DNA from: Dehalococcoidia bacterium
Lineage (GTDB): Bacteria > Chloroflexota > Dehalococcoidia > Lucifugimonadales > UBA3495
DNA: 64,000 bases
Reading direction: 5' to 3'
Assembly: GCA_965215425.1 (NCBI GenBank)
Contig: OZ244064.1
Coordinates: 2,588,095-2,652,094, forward strand
Positions 1 to 8,798 of this stretch are shown piece after piece. Made by a program: the position numbers and the translations under genes. The number at the start of each line of letters is the position of its first letter. Positions within the stretch are counted from its first letter, which is position 1. Below the pieces are notes generated by a model. The model worked only from the letters and a program-made list of their open reading frames with translations, made no database searches and was not told the DNA's origin.

Positions 1-2308
1 AGGGGGACGCCTGTAGGGCAGAGGTTATCGTCAGTTCCTCCCGGCGGTCGCGCCGGCGACGGGTGAAAGAGAGCTCCCCGTCCTCGGCCAGCGCGCCGGC
101 CAGCAGGTCGGCCTCCGCCGCCGTATAGCAGGTCACGAACACCGGGCTGTTTCCCCGCTCCAGCCGCCGCCGGAGCAGAGAGCGGAAATTATTGATAATG
201 CACCGGTTCAGGTCCGGTTCCAGAATGATGTCGGCGCCCCGGCCGGCCATGTTGGTGGCGACGGTAACCGCGCCCAACGCCCCGGCCTGCCGCAGGATTT
301 CCGCCTCATCGGGGCCGGTAACGGCGTTCAGCAGCCGGTGTTCAACGCCCAACTCGCCCAGGCGGCGGCTGACCTGGGCCGACTGTTCCACCGTCTGCAC
401 GCCAACCAGTACCGGCCGGCCGGTCTGACGGCAGAACCGGGCCGCGTCGGCAACGGCCGCCAACCGCTCCGCTCCAGTGGCATAGACCCGGCCGGGCAGG
501 TCCCGGCGCAGCAGCGGGCGCCTGGCAGAAATGGCGACCACTTCCAGGCCATACTGACGCCGGAACTCCGCAGCGGCCGCGACCGCCGTGCCGGTCATTC
601 CGGCCAGCCGGGAATAGCGACGGGCGAAACCTTGCACCGAGACCTGGGCCAAGGCTTCACAGTCCGGGTGGACGGTAACCGATTCTTTGGCTTCCAGGGC
701 CGGGTGCAGACCCTCCTGATAGCGGCTGTCCGGCTTGGGCCGTCCGGTGCAGCGGTCAATCAGAACCACCTGCTCCCCGGTTACCACGTAGTCCACGTCT
801 TTCTTAAGTAACAGGTAAGCCCGCAATAGTTGATAGACCTGATTCGCCACGTTCAGCCGCAGGGAGCGTTTTCGGGAGAAGGCCGAGGCAGCTTCCGATT
901 CCCCCTCGTTTTCCTTTTCTCCGGCAGCATAGAAAGCCCCCAGACGGGTTTCCAGCAGGGCCAGTCCCCGGGCGGTCAGGGTAACGAACCGTTCCTCCGG
1001 GTCGACCAGGTAGTATAAATCGCTGGTCAGGGACGGGTCGGGGCAGTCGGAGCCGTCGGGGTAGATAACCGACCAGGCCCTTCGGCAGGCACGGGGGTGG
1101 GCTGCCGTCCACTGGCGCAGGCCGTCGTCGTCCGGCTGGGCCAGCAGCGCCCGGCCCAGCAACTCGGCCTGCTCCCGGCGGCCCGGCGGCGGCGCATCCA
1201 GCCGGGCCAGATATGCTCGAGCCAACTCGGACTGGCGGGCGATAAGCTCCTCCACCGCCTTTTTCGCCCGGTCAAAGGCCCGCCGATTTACCAGGGGAGC
1301 GCCGGAGATTATCAGCGGGGTACGGGCCTCGTCAATCAACGCCTGGTCCGCCTCGTCAACCAGAGCCACCTGGAGCGCGCCCTGCACTTGCTCCGCCGGG
1401 GACATTTTCAGGTTGTCCCGCAGAAAGTCAAAGCCGAATTCTCGCAGCGTCCCATAGACGATTTGCCGGCCGTAGGCGTGTCGCCGCTCCTCATCCAGGA
1501 AGTGGCCCAGCACCACATCCACCGTGAGGCCCAGGGAGCGGTAAACCGGGGCCAGCAGGTCGCAATCCCGGGCGGCCAGGTAGTCGTTGGCGGTGATAAC
1601 GTGAACCCGGCGGCCCAGGGCAGCGTGCAACAGGGCGGGAAAGGCGGCAGCCACCGTCTTGCCCTCTCCGGCGTTCAGCTCGACTACTTTACCCCGGAAC
1701 AGGTGCAGCCCGGCCAGGATTTGCGCATCGGTGGCCTGGAAACGCAGCCGGCCTACCGGATCCTTGCGAGCCAGCGCCCGGTAAAACCCGGCCGGCAGGA
1801 GAATATCCCATCCGTACCGTCCCTGGCCGACTTCCCGAACGTAGCGGATAGTGTCAACGATAATTTGCCCGTCGGCGTCCAATCCGGCCGGCCCCGGCCC
1901 GGCCCCGGCAGATTGTCCGTCGGACTGATCTTCGGATTGGGTCAGCCGGAAATAAAGCTCCAGGTCTTGCCGGTCAAAGGAGGGGTCAAAGATGCGCCAG
2001 GCGCCCAGGCGGCGGCGAATGCTTTCGTCGCCAATGGCGAATGCCTCGGCCAACCGGGTTTCCGAGTCAGAGGTTTCCGGGCCGGACGTTTCGGCCCGGG
2101 CCGTTATCCAGGCCAGGGCATCCCGCAGTTCCCTATCGGAATAGCTCGCCAGGTCCAGGTCGGCATGGCGACGGCGCACCTGGCGCAGCAGTTCAGCCTC
2201 CGTCAAACCCCGCCCGGCGCTGGCCCGGCGGCCAAAGACGCCGGAGAGCCGGCCGGCCGCCGGGAATCCGCCACCCCGATCCGGGGAAATGCTGCCACTG
2301 GCGTCCAT
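1..2308 (-). CDS. Divergent SecA-family ATPase paralog (5' end complete; 3' end runs off the left edge of the window)
   Basis: Absent from the ORF track because the frame stays open to position 1. My minus-strand translation from ATG 2308..2306 gives ELNAGEGKTVAAAFPALLHAALGRRVHVITANDYLAARD, VYGTLREFGFDFLRDNL, ALVDEADQALIDEARTPLIISG, DVDYVVTGEQVVLIDRCTGRP, LAGMTGTA and TVATNMAGRGADI. These are the SecA Walker A, DEAD-motor, PPXD-flanking and NBD2 signatures. A roughly 70-residue insertion precedes the Walker A, and the sequence after GRGADI does not look canonical. The antisense ORF 1097..2314 is spurious. Confidence 0.8.
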   Translation of the reverse strand, partial: MDASGSISPDRGGGFPAAGRLSGVFGRRASAGRGLTEAELLRQVRRRHADLDLASYSDRELRDALAWITARAETSGPETSDSETRLAEAFAIGDESIRRRLGAWRIFDPSFDRQDLELYFRLTQSEDQSDGQSAGAGPGPAGLDADGQIIVDTIRYVREVGQGRYGWDILLPAGFYRALARKDPVGRLRFQATDAQILAGLHLFRGKVVELNAGEGKTVAAAFPALLHAALGRRVHVITANDYLAARDCDLLAPVYRSLGLTVDVVLGHFLDEERRHAYGRQIVYGTLREFGFDFLRDNLKMSPAEQVQGALQVALVDEADQALIDEARTPLIISGAPLVNRRAFDRAKKAVEELIARQSELARAYLARLDAPPPGRREQAELLGRALLAQPDDDGLRQWTAAHPRACRRAWSVIYPDGSDCPDPSLTSDLYYLVDPEERFVTLTARGLALLETRLGAFYAAGEKENEGESEAASAFSRKRSLRLNVANQVYQLLRAYLLLKKDVDYVVTGEQVVLIDRCTGRPKPDSRYQEGLHPALEAKESVTVHPDCEALAQVSVQGFARRYSRLAGMTGTAVAAAAEFRRQYGLEVVAISARRPLLRRDLPGRVYATGAERLAAVADAARFCRQTGRPVLVGVQTVEQSAQVSRRLGELGVEHRLLNAVTGPDEAEILRQAGALGAVTVATNMAGRGADIILEPDLNRCIINNFRSLLRRRLERGNSPVFVTCYTAAEADLLAGALAEDGELSFTRRRRDRREELTITSALQASP

Positions 2309-3759
2309 TATTGAGCTTCCCGGTTTTGCGGCTGGTTTTGCGGCTGGTTTTGCGACCGATTTCGAGAATCGCAGTTCAGCCGTATTACCACCAGGCCGGC
2401 GTCGTGGCCGGGCCGGGCCCACGTATTGTACCGTTGCAGCAAGTGGTCCCGGGAGGCCAGCACCTTCCGGGCCACCGCCGGGCGAGCCGCCATCAACTGC
2501 CGGCCCAGGGGAAAATCCAGCGTCCACTCCCGGCTGACGTGGCCGGCAAAGCCGGCCCGGCGGCAGATGTTCTGATATTCCCGGCGCAGCCGCAGGTATT
2601 CCCGCTCGCTGCGGTAGGGCAGGGGCGTAACGTAGAACGCATCGGAAAGGTAGAGGCCCAGCTCGTTCTCAAACACCTGCACCATATCGGTATCGGAAAT
2701 CCAGCCCTCCAGAGCGAAAAACAGGTTTTCCGGTATGTCCTGGGGAACCCGGTGGTAATAATAGCTCTCCTCGGCTTCCACCATCCGGACCGGTATGGCC
2801 GGTTTGTCGGAGTAGGACAGCAGCCGCTCGGCCTCGGCGCCCGGCAGCAGCAGGTAGGGGATATTGCCGTTGGTGGCGTCCATCAGAACCGGCGCTCCGT
2901 CCACCCAGTAGAGGAGGGCGGCATGTTGCCAGTAGCGCATATATCGCCTGGAAAAGCGAAAGTCAAAAGTAGTCAGCAGTTCCCGCAGACGACCCACCGG
3001 AGCCGGGTCGCGGGCCTGGTCCCCAGCAATGAGGTATTCGGAAACCAGGCCGTGGTGGTCGGTAAGGAACTTCAGGGCTTGCACCTTTTCGGTGCAGATG
3101 CCCCCGGAGCCGGCGGCGATGTTGCGCACCGTTTCGTCGCCGGTCTTGAAAATCAGCTTGTCGCCGGTGAAGCGGGAATAGTTCTCGAAGTCGCTGCGCC
3201 AGACGCGGCGGCCCAGGGCATCCAGGAACCGTAGCTGCCGCTCCCCGGAATCCAGTCGCAGCGCATCTTCCGCTCCCGCCACCCCATAGGCCGCTTGCAG
3301 GGTGGAGTAAACGAAATCGGCGAAAAAGTCGGGGGAGTTGTTCCAGCGACGCCGGTGAAAGCCGGTCCAATTCCGGTGGTAGCCTACGTTGACCCGGTCG
3401 ATAAGCAGGTCGATGACCAACGCCTCGGCATCCCCGGCCCGGGCCGGGCGGATGACCGGCGCCGCCGCCAGGTTGACCGGACGCTCCTGCTGCCGGAAAG
3501 CGATGCCGGCGAACATGTCGGCCAGGCATCCCCGGTCATCGCACCGGTAAATCAGGTCTTGCAGCGCCTGGAGCGTTCGCAAGGAATCCGGGGTGACGGC
3601 GCCGACCCGGAGCAGGCGGTCTGCCGGGCAGTCCCGAACATACTTGTCCAGCAGTTGGTGTAGTGAAAGCGGCCCGTCCGACGGGTCAATCCGCAGGGCG
3701 GTCTTACGCCCGGTAAGGGAGTCGGCCAGTTGAAGGATTAAAGGTCGGGACTCGACCAT
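2308..3759 (-). CDS. Uncharacterised 483-aa protein with a transglutaminase-like cysteine-protease core (putative Cys222-His279-Asp294)
   Basis: The ORF has balanced amino-acid composition. GSGGICTEKVQALKFLTDHHGLVSEYLIAG resembles the G-x-C-x-D/E-x-A-x-L...G-I-P-A-R-Y Cys motif of the transglutaminase-like superfamily, and QHAALLYWVDGAPVLMDATNG resembles its H-A-W...D-P-T-N-G motif. The Cys codon tgc lies at 3096..3094. The stop TAA (2310..2308) overlaps the downstream ATG by one base. Confidence 0.6.
   Translation of the reverse strand: MVESRPLILQLADSLTGRKTALRIDPSDGPLSLHQLLDKYVRDCPADRLLRVGAVTPDSLRTLQALQDLIYRCDDRGCLADMFAGIAFRQQERPVNLAAAPVIRPARAGDAEALVIDLLIDRVNVGYHRNWTGFHRRRWNNSPDFFADFVYSTLQAAYGVAGAEDALRLDSGERQLRFLDALGRRVWRSDFENYSRFTGDKLIFKTGDETVRNIAAGSGGICTEKVQALKFLTDHHGLVSEYLIAGDQARDPAPVGRLRELLTTFDFRFSRRYMRYWQHAALLYWVDGAPVLMDATNGNIPYLLLPGAEAERLLSYSDKPAIPVRMVEAEESYYYHRVPQDIPENLFFALEGWISDTDMVQVFENELGLYLSDAFYVTPLPYRSEREYLRLRREYQNICRRAGFAGHVSREWTLDFPLGRQLMAARPAVARKVLASRDHLLQRYNTWARPGHDAGLVVIRLNCDSRNRSQNQPQNQPQNREAQ
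2321..2352 (-). repeat. Tandem 12-mer (cggctggttttg, two full copies plus a partial) encoding the C-terminal NQPQNQPQ tail
   Basis: Direct reading of 2321..2352. The translation is ...SQNQPQNQPQNREAQ at the end of the 483-aa ORF. Confidence 0.8.
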
Positions 3760-3822
3760 TTCGCCCCACTATTGCGCCGGGGAGAGGAAAGCGAAGAAAG
3801 GCGGTTGAGAGGAGAAATTAAA

Positions 3823-3898
3823 TGGTCGGGGTGAGAGGATTCGAACCTCCGGCCTCTTCGTCCCGAACGAAGCGCGCTAGCCACTGCGCTACACCCCG
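3823..3898 (-). tRNA. tRNA-Pro (anticodon CGG), CCA encoded
   Basis: The reverse complement reads CGGGGTG-TA-GCGC-AGTGGCTA-GCGC-G-CTTCG-TTCGGGA-CGAAG-AGGCC-GGAGG-TTCGAAT-CCTCT-CACCCCG-A-CCA. This gives a full cloverleaf with a 7-bp acceptor stem, a GTTCGAAT T-loop and anticodon loop TT-CGG-GA. Confidence 0.93.
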
Positions 3899-4103
3899 AC
3901 AATCGGCGACCGGGCGCTGGCCCGCGTCTTGACCTGCTGCGGGCAATCAAGCCCTTGTCTTGATTATTATACTACAGACTGCTGCCAATCAGGTAGGTCT
4001 GTCCGGCAAAAGTAGGGTATCCGTTTGAGATTGACCGCCATCAGAGTATCGTCGCTGAAAAATTCAACCGGATACCCTACCTCGGCAAAAGTATTCCCAA
4101 TCG

Positions 4104-4718
4104 TCAGCCGGCATCCTCCGCCAACATTTCCCCGGCGATCTCGCTCAGCTTTTCCAGATTCAGCACGCCATCCCATTTTTTGTGGAGTTCCCCGTTGGCG
4201 GTGATGAACACGGTGGTTGGCAGACCCAGCACCCGGTACGACTGGACAACCTGATCATCGTCGGTATAACCAGCGGCGTAGGTTACGCCTAACTCCTCCA
4301 GCAACTTGCTGGCGTTTTCTTTTGACCCCAAGTTCAGGAACTGGCCCAGATCCACGCCGACCAGAGTAACCCGGCCCGCAAAGTCGTTGCGAAACTCCTG
4401 AAATTCCGGCATCTCGGCGCGACACGGCGGACACAACCCGGCCCAGAAGTTCAGCACCACCGGCGCGCCGCGCAGGTCGGACATTCTTATTTCGGTGGCC
4501 CCCAACTCCGCTTCACCCTGGTACAGAATAATAGTGAAGTCAGGAACCGGTTGTTTCGGCTCTGCCGGAACGGCGCACCCAGCGACGACCAGCGCCGCCA
4601 CTGCGGCGACGGCAGCCAGTAAAACACGCGGGGGAGGCAAAATGAACCCTGGCCGGCGCCGGGCCGCTAACGCCAGGGCTGCCCCGGCGCAGTGCGCCCG
4701 GTCCCGGTGGTTTGGCAT
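4104..4718 (-). CDS. TlpA/ResA-family thiol-disulfide oxidoreductase (thioredoxin fold), probable lipoprotein
   Basis: WAGLCPPCRAEMPEF contains a CxxC motif in a redoxin context. ALVVAGCAV is lipobox-like. A GGGAGGG RBS lies 7 nt upstream of the ATG at 4718. Confidence 0.85.
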   Translation of the reverse strand: MPNHRDRAHCAGAALALAARRRPGFILPPPRVLLAAVAAVAALVVAGCAVPAEPKQPVPDFTIILYQGEAELGATEIRMSDLRGAPVVLNFWAGLCPPCRAEMPEFQEFRNDFAGRVTLVGVDLGQFLNLGSKENASKLLEELGVTYAAGYTDDDQVVQSYRVLGLPTTVFITANGELHKKWDGVLNLEKLSEIAGEMLAEDAG

Positions 4719-4849
4719 TTAAGGCCCTCCCAAAAGCGAAGTACGTCCCATAAAACCACGCATTCACGCATTATAGAACTACGAAATCCGGCGCCAACCG
4801 GTTTCGGGCCATCTATCAATCGACTCCCAGGATGTTGCCGTTGCCTCTG

Positions 4850-7800
4850 TTACCCTACCATGCGCTCTATCCGTTCCTGGAATGCCTGGAGACGCTCCAA
4901 AGTGCGGGTAAGACGTTGCAGCCACTGGTCGCCCAGGGCCCGTATGGACAGCTTGATTTGCCGGTTGCCCACGCTTGCCACTGACCCCAAGGCCCGCTGT
5001 AACGGCAACCTGGCGCTACTCACCTCTTGCCGCAGGCCCAGGGTGATACTACCCGACGCGTGCAGGATGGATTCTACGCCGGCGGCAGCGGCCAGGGCGC
5101 GCAAGTCAATCAGGGTTAAGAGGTTCTCCACCGCCGGGGGCGGCGGGCCAAAGCGGTCGCGCAGTTCCCTGCGGAGTTCCGGCGCCGCCTGCCGGTCCCG
5201 GGCCTTGGCAAAACGCTGGTAGAGCGCCAGGCGAGTGGGAGTATGCGGGATGTAACTCTCCGGTATGCCGGCGGCCACCGGCAGTTCGATACGCGGCAAC
5301 TCAACTGAGGGACGGCTCGCCGCCACTCCGCTATCGTCCCCTCCTCTTTCCCTCAAATCCGCGACGGCCTCTTCCAGCAGTTGGCCGTAGAGTTCCATCC
5401 CCACGGCGTGGATTTGGCCGCTTTGGGCGGCGCCCAGCAAGTTGCCGGCGCCCCGGATTTCCAGGTCCCGCATGGCAATACGGAAACCGGAACCCAGGTC
5501 GGCAGCTTCGAGGACGGCTTGTATTCGCTGCTCGGCTGCTTCGGTAATCCGGAGCCCCCGGGGCAGCAGCAGGTAGGCATAAGCCCGGTGTTCGCCCCGC
5601 CCCACCCGGCCGCGCAGCTGGTACAGTTGGGAAAGCCCGAACCGGTCGGCCCGGTCCAGAATCAGGGTATTGACATTGGGCATATCCAGGCCGGATTCGA
5701 TGATGGTAGTGCAAACCAACACGTCGGCCTCTCCATCGGCGAAGGCGACCATTACCTCTTCCAACTCGGCCTCGGCCATCTGCCCGTGCCCGATCATGAA
5801 CCGGGCCTCCGGCACCAGAGCGGAAAGTTCCGCTGTGGTCTGCTGGATAGTCTTGACCCGGTTGTGCAGGAAGAACACCTGGCCGCCCCGTTCTATTTCC
5901 CGCAGGATGGCCTCGCGAATGGTATCCTCGCTATACTCGGAGACGAAGGTCTTGACCGGCAAGCGGGCTTCCGGGGGCGTATTCATAACGCTCATATCGC
6001 GGATGCCGGTCAGGGCCATGTGGAGGGTGCGCGGGATCGGCGTGGCGCTCAGGGTAAGGACATCAACCTCCTGCCGGAGCCGCTTCAGCGCTTCTTTGTG
6101 GCTCACGCCGAAGCGCTGTTCCTCATCCACTACTACCAGGCCCAGGTTCTTGAACCTTACGTCCTTCTGCAACAGACGGTGTGTGCCGATAACGATGTCC
6201 ACCGTCCCTTCCTGTAACCCGGCAATGACACCCTGCTGTTCCCGGGGCGTCCGGAAACGGCTCAGTACTTCCACCTGCAAAGGATAGGGACTCAGCCGCT
6301 CGCTGAAGGTGGCGTAGTGCTGCTGGGCCAGCACCGTGGTAGGCACTAACAGGCCGACCTGCATCCCGTCGGACACGGTCTTGAAGGCAGCCCGTAATGC
6401 TACTTCGGTCTTGCCATAGCCCACATCGCCACAAATCAGCCGATCCATCGGCCGGGGTTGCTCCATATCCAGTTTAACGTCATCTACGGCCTGAATTTGG
6501 TCCGGCGTCTCCTGGTAAGGGAATGAATCCTCCAGTTCCTGTTGCCACACGGTATCGCCGCCAAATTCGTGGCCTTGGGCAGCTTTACGGGCCGCATAGA
6601 GCTGCAACAGTTCTTCGGCCAGTTCCCGAGTGGAACTCTTGACCTTTTCCTTTATTCGCGCCCACTCGGCCGTACCCAGACGCGTCAGCGCCGGCGCCCG
6701 GTCCTGGGCGCCGACGTAAACCCCTACCCGGTCCAGGTGATCCGTGGGAACATAGAGCTTGTCGTTGTCAGCGTACTCTAGGACCAGAAACTCCTTATCC
6801 CCTTCGTCATCCGTCATCCGGGTGGTGCCGGCAAAACGGGCCACGCCGTGGTCTATGTGGACCACGTAGTTGCCCGGCGTCAGTTCTGACAAGACAATAT
6901 CCTCGCTCGGCCGCTCTTTGGCGCGGGAGGGACGGTAGCGGCGTTCCTTGACGGCGCCAAACAGCTCGGCGTCGGTCAACAGGGAAAGGGCCGGGCGGGT
7001 CGCTCCTTTCGCAAGGTCCCAGCCCTCATTCAGAGAGCCGGAAACCAGGTAAACATGGCCGGGTTCCGGCGGCGTTTCCAGGCAGTCCGACCGGGCAGCG
7101 CCCAACCCGGCCTCCGCCAACACCTCGGCCAGACGGCGGGCGTGCTGGCTCACGGCGACGACCGCCTGACCCTCGCGCAGTTGCCGTCGCAGGTCATCGG
7201 TAAACTGCTCCAGTTGGCCGTAATAGGAGGGGGCGGCGCGAAACATGCCATCGGCCTCCTCTCCGAGCCAGCTTTCCAGAAAGACCTTTTCCCGGCGCCG
7301 CTCCAATTGGGCGGATAGTTCCGGCCAGGTCAAGTAGGGAGAAGGGAAATTGCCGGGCAGTTCGCCGCGTTCTTCCCGGCTTCCCCGCATACGGAAGAAT
7401 TTTTCCTCCAGGTCCAGGGCCTCAGTCTCGATTTGGCCCGGTCGATCCAAAACCAGCAGGCCCTCCGCCGGCAGGTAGTCCAACAAGCTGGCCCGGTTAA
7501 GCAAGCCGTTGTAAAAGGAGAGGGTCTCGATGTTGGGACAGGAAAATAACTCCACCAACTCCGCATCAAACCGCTCCCGGATCAAGGCGGGACACCGGGA
7601 AAAGTCCAGCCTGGCAATACGTCGTTCTACCGCAATGCGGTCGGCCAGGTCGGGAAGCTGCTCCCGGGCTGGAATTACGGTTACCACCTCCGGGTTTTCC
7701 CCGGAAGGGGCCGCCGGGAAGGAACGCTGCGTGCCGGGGTCAAAAGCGCGGATGGTCTCCACCTCGTCATCCCACAACTCCAGGCGATAGGGCCATTCGG

Positions 7801-8419
7801 ACTGGGGCGGGAAGACGTCGATGATTCCACCCCGCTGGCTGAAAGAACCGGGACTTTCCACTACCGGCTCATGCCGGTAGCCCAGGTTTACCCAACCGGC
7901 CAACAATTGCTCCCGGCTGCGAATTCGTTGGCCTATTTGTATCCGGCCGGCCACCGCCACTCCGGGGTCAGCCCCCCCGATAACTTCGGGAGGCAGGGTA
8001 AGCCTCAGGGCCGCCGAAACGGAGGCTATCACCAGCGGGGGGAGTCGCTCAAGGTCTCCCGGCCCGTCATCGCCGGGAGAAGCCAAGGCCGCCAAGGCCA
8101 CCAGCCTTTGGTTGACGGTGCGGGCATCCACCGCCAAACGCTCATAGGGCAGCACTTCCGGCTCCGGCAGCAGGTAAACCGGGGCCGTCTCTCCCAGGTA
8201 AGTAAGCAATTGGTCGTACAGCCGCCGGGAATCATCGGGACGGGGGGTTATCACCAACGTGGGGAGGTTGCGCCGCAGCAGCAGGGAAGCCACGTACACC
8301 GGACGCGCCCCCCGTCGCGCCGCAAAACGGGGCGGCTGGGTCTTACTCTCCAGGTTTTCCGGCCCGCCGGGCCGGAACAGGTCGTTCAGCAACAGGGACA
8401 GGACACCCGATAAGGACAT
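4850..8419 (-). CDS. mfd: Transcription-repair coupling factor Mfd
   Basis: The protein is about 1190 aa. It has the helicase motif LICGDVGYGKTEVALRAAF, DEEQRFGV, an RNAP-interaction/CarD-like region (GNYVVHIDHGVARF) and a TRCF C-terminal domain. I chose the ATG at 8419 (MSLSGVLSLLLND...) rather than the upstream hydrophobic extension that begins at 8548. Confidence 0.9.
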   Translation of the reverse strand: MSLSGVLSLLLNDLFRPGGPENLESKTQPPRFAARRGARPVYVASLLLRRNLPTLVITPRPDDSRRLYDQLLTYLGETAPVYLLPEPEVLPYERLAVDARTVNQRLVALAALASPGDDGPGDLERLPPLVIASVSAALRLTLPPEVIGGADPGVAVAGRIQIGQRIRSREQLLAGWVNLGYRHEPVVESPGSFSQRGGIIDVFPPQSEWPYRLELWDDEVETIRAFDPGTQRSFPAAPSGENPEVVTVIPAREQLPDLADRIAVERRIARLDFSRCPALIRERFDAELVELFSCPNIETLSFYNGLLNRASLLDYLPAEGLLVLDRPGQIETEALDLEEKFFRMRGSREERGELPGNFPSPYLTWPELSAQLERRREKVFLESWLGEEADGMFRAAPSYYGQLEQFTDDLRRQLREGQAVVAVSQHARRLAEVLAEAGLGAARSDCLETPPEPGHVYLVSGSLNEGWDLAKGATRPALSLLTDAELFGAVKERRYRPSRAKERPSEDIVLSELTPGNYVVHIDHGVARFAGTTRMTDDEGDKEFLVLEYADNDKLYVPTDHLDRVGVYVGAQDRAPALTRLGTAEWARIKEKVKSSTRELAEELLQLYAARKAAQGHEFGGDTVWQQELEDSFPYQETPDQIQAVDDVKLDMEQPRPMDRLICGDVGYGKTEVALRAAFKTVSDGMQVGLLVPTTVLAQQHYATFSERLSPYPLQVEVLSRFRTPREQQGVIAGLQEGTVDIVIGTHRLLQKDVRFKNLGLVVVDEEQRFGVSHKEALKRLRQEVDVLTLSATPIPRTLHMALTGIRDMSVMNTPPEARLPVKTFVSEYSEDTIREAILREIERGGQVFFLHNRVKTIQQTTAELSALVPEARFMIGHGQMAEAELEEVMVAFADGEADVLVCTTIIESGLDMPNVNTLILDRADRFGLSQLYQLRGRVGRGEHRAYAYLLLPRGLRITEAAEQRIQAVLEAADLGSGFRIAMRDLEIRGAGNLLGAAQSGQIHAVGMELYGQLLEEAVADLRERGGDDSGVAASRPSVELPRIELPVAAGIPESYIPHTPTRLALYQRFAKARDRQAAPELRRELRDRFGPPPPAVENLLTLIDLRALAAAAGVESILHASGSITLGLRQEVSSARLPLQRALGSVASVGNRQIKLSIRALGDQWLQRLTRTLERLQAFQERIERMVG

Positions 8420-8602
8420 ATAAAGACTGCTCCAACAAGGTTGGCCCGGCCATTTTTCGGGCATCGGCCAAAGGGCAACAGGCAAAAGGGCTAACGCCAG
8501 CGTTAGCCCCGGTGGCACCATTGTAGTACCTCCCCCGCGCATAAACAAGGAGTGGGACCTGGTAATCCCATCCTGATCATTTCGGAACTAACTGCGGGAG
8601 GA

Positions 8603-8688
8603 GGTCTTTCTTCCAGCAGTGCGGAGCATCTCATCGACTACGCGCGGGGGAGATCTGGTATGGATCTTTCTCCCAGCAGTGCGGAGCA
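8603..8688. repeat. Repeat-spacer-repeat unit: 26-nt direct repeat (GGTCTTTCTTCCAGCAGTGCGGAGCA / GGATCTTTCTCCCAGCAGTGCGGAGCA-like) separated by 34 nt, period 60
   Basis: The copies lie at 8603..8628 and 8663..8688 and match at 24 of 26 positions. The intervening 34 nt are unrelated to the sequence after the second copy. Confidence 0.8.
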
Positions 8689-8798
8689 ACACCGGGGCAG
8701 ATAGAGTGCTACGAGTCTCCGTGGTGCAAGAAGGTCTGTCGCCAATGCCGATTTACGATACGATTAGCCCGACGACAATCCTGGGGGGAGGGGGGCCC

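Noticed and set aside
1097-2314. The 405-aa plus-strand ORF, and the overlapping 2041..3234 plus-strand ORF, as real genes.
   Set aside because: They are antisense to the SecA-like and transglutaminase-like genes, which carry clear family motifs. Their translations are Gly/Pro/Arg/Gln/Ala-rich with no recognisable motifs, as expected for shadow ORFs in GC-rich DNA.
3939-3975. A promoter for tRNA-Pro (minus-strand TATAAT at 3971..3966).
   Set aside because: The -10 hexamer is perfect, but I could not find a -35 element at acceptable spacing. I therefore did not list it as a feature.
8603-8748. A bona fide CRISPR array: two 26-nt repeats at period 60, with a possible degenerate third repeat at 8733.
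   Set aside because: There are only two convincing repeats. The third candidate matches only the first 11 nt or so and is offset by 70 rather than 60. There are no cas genes in the window. I keep it only as a solitary repeat-spacer-repeat unit (see findings).
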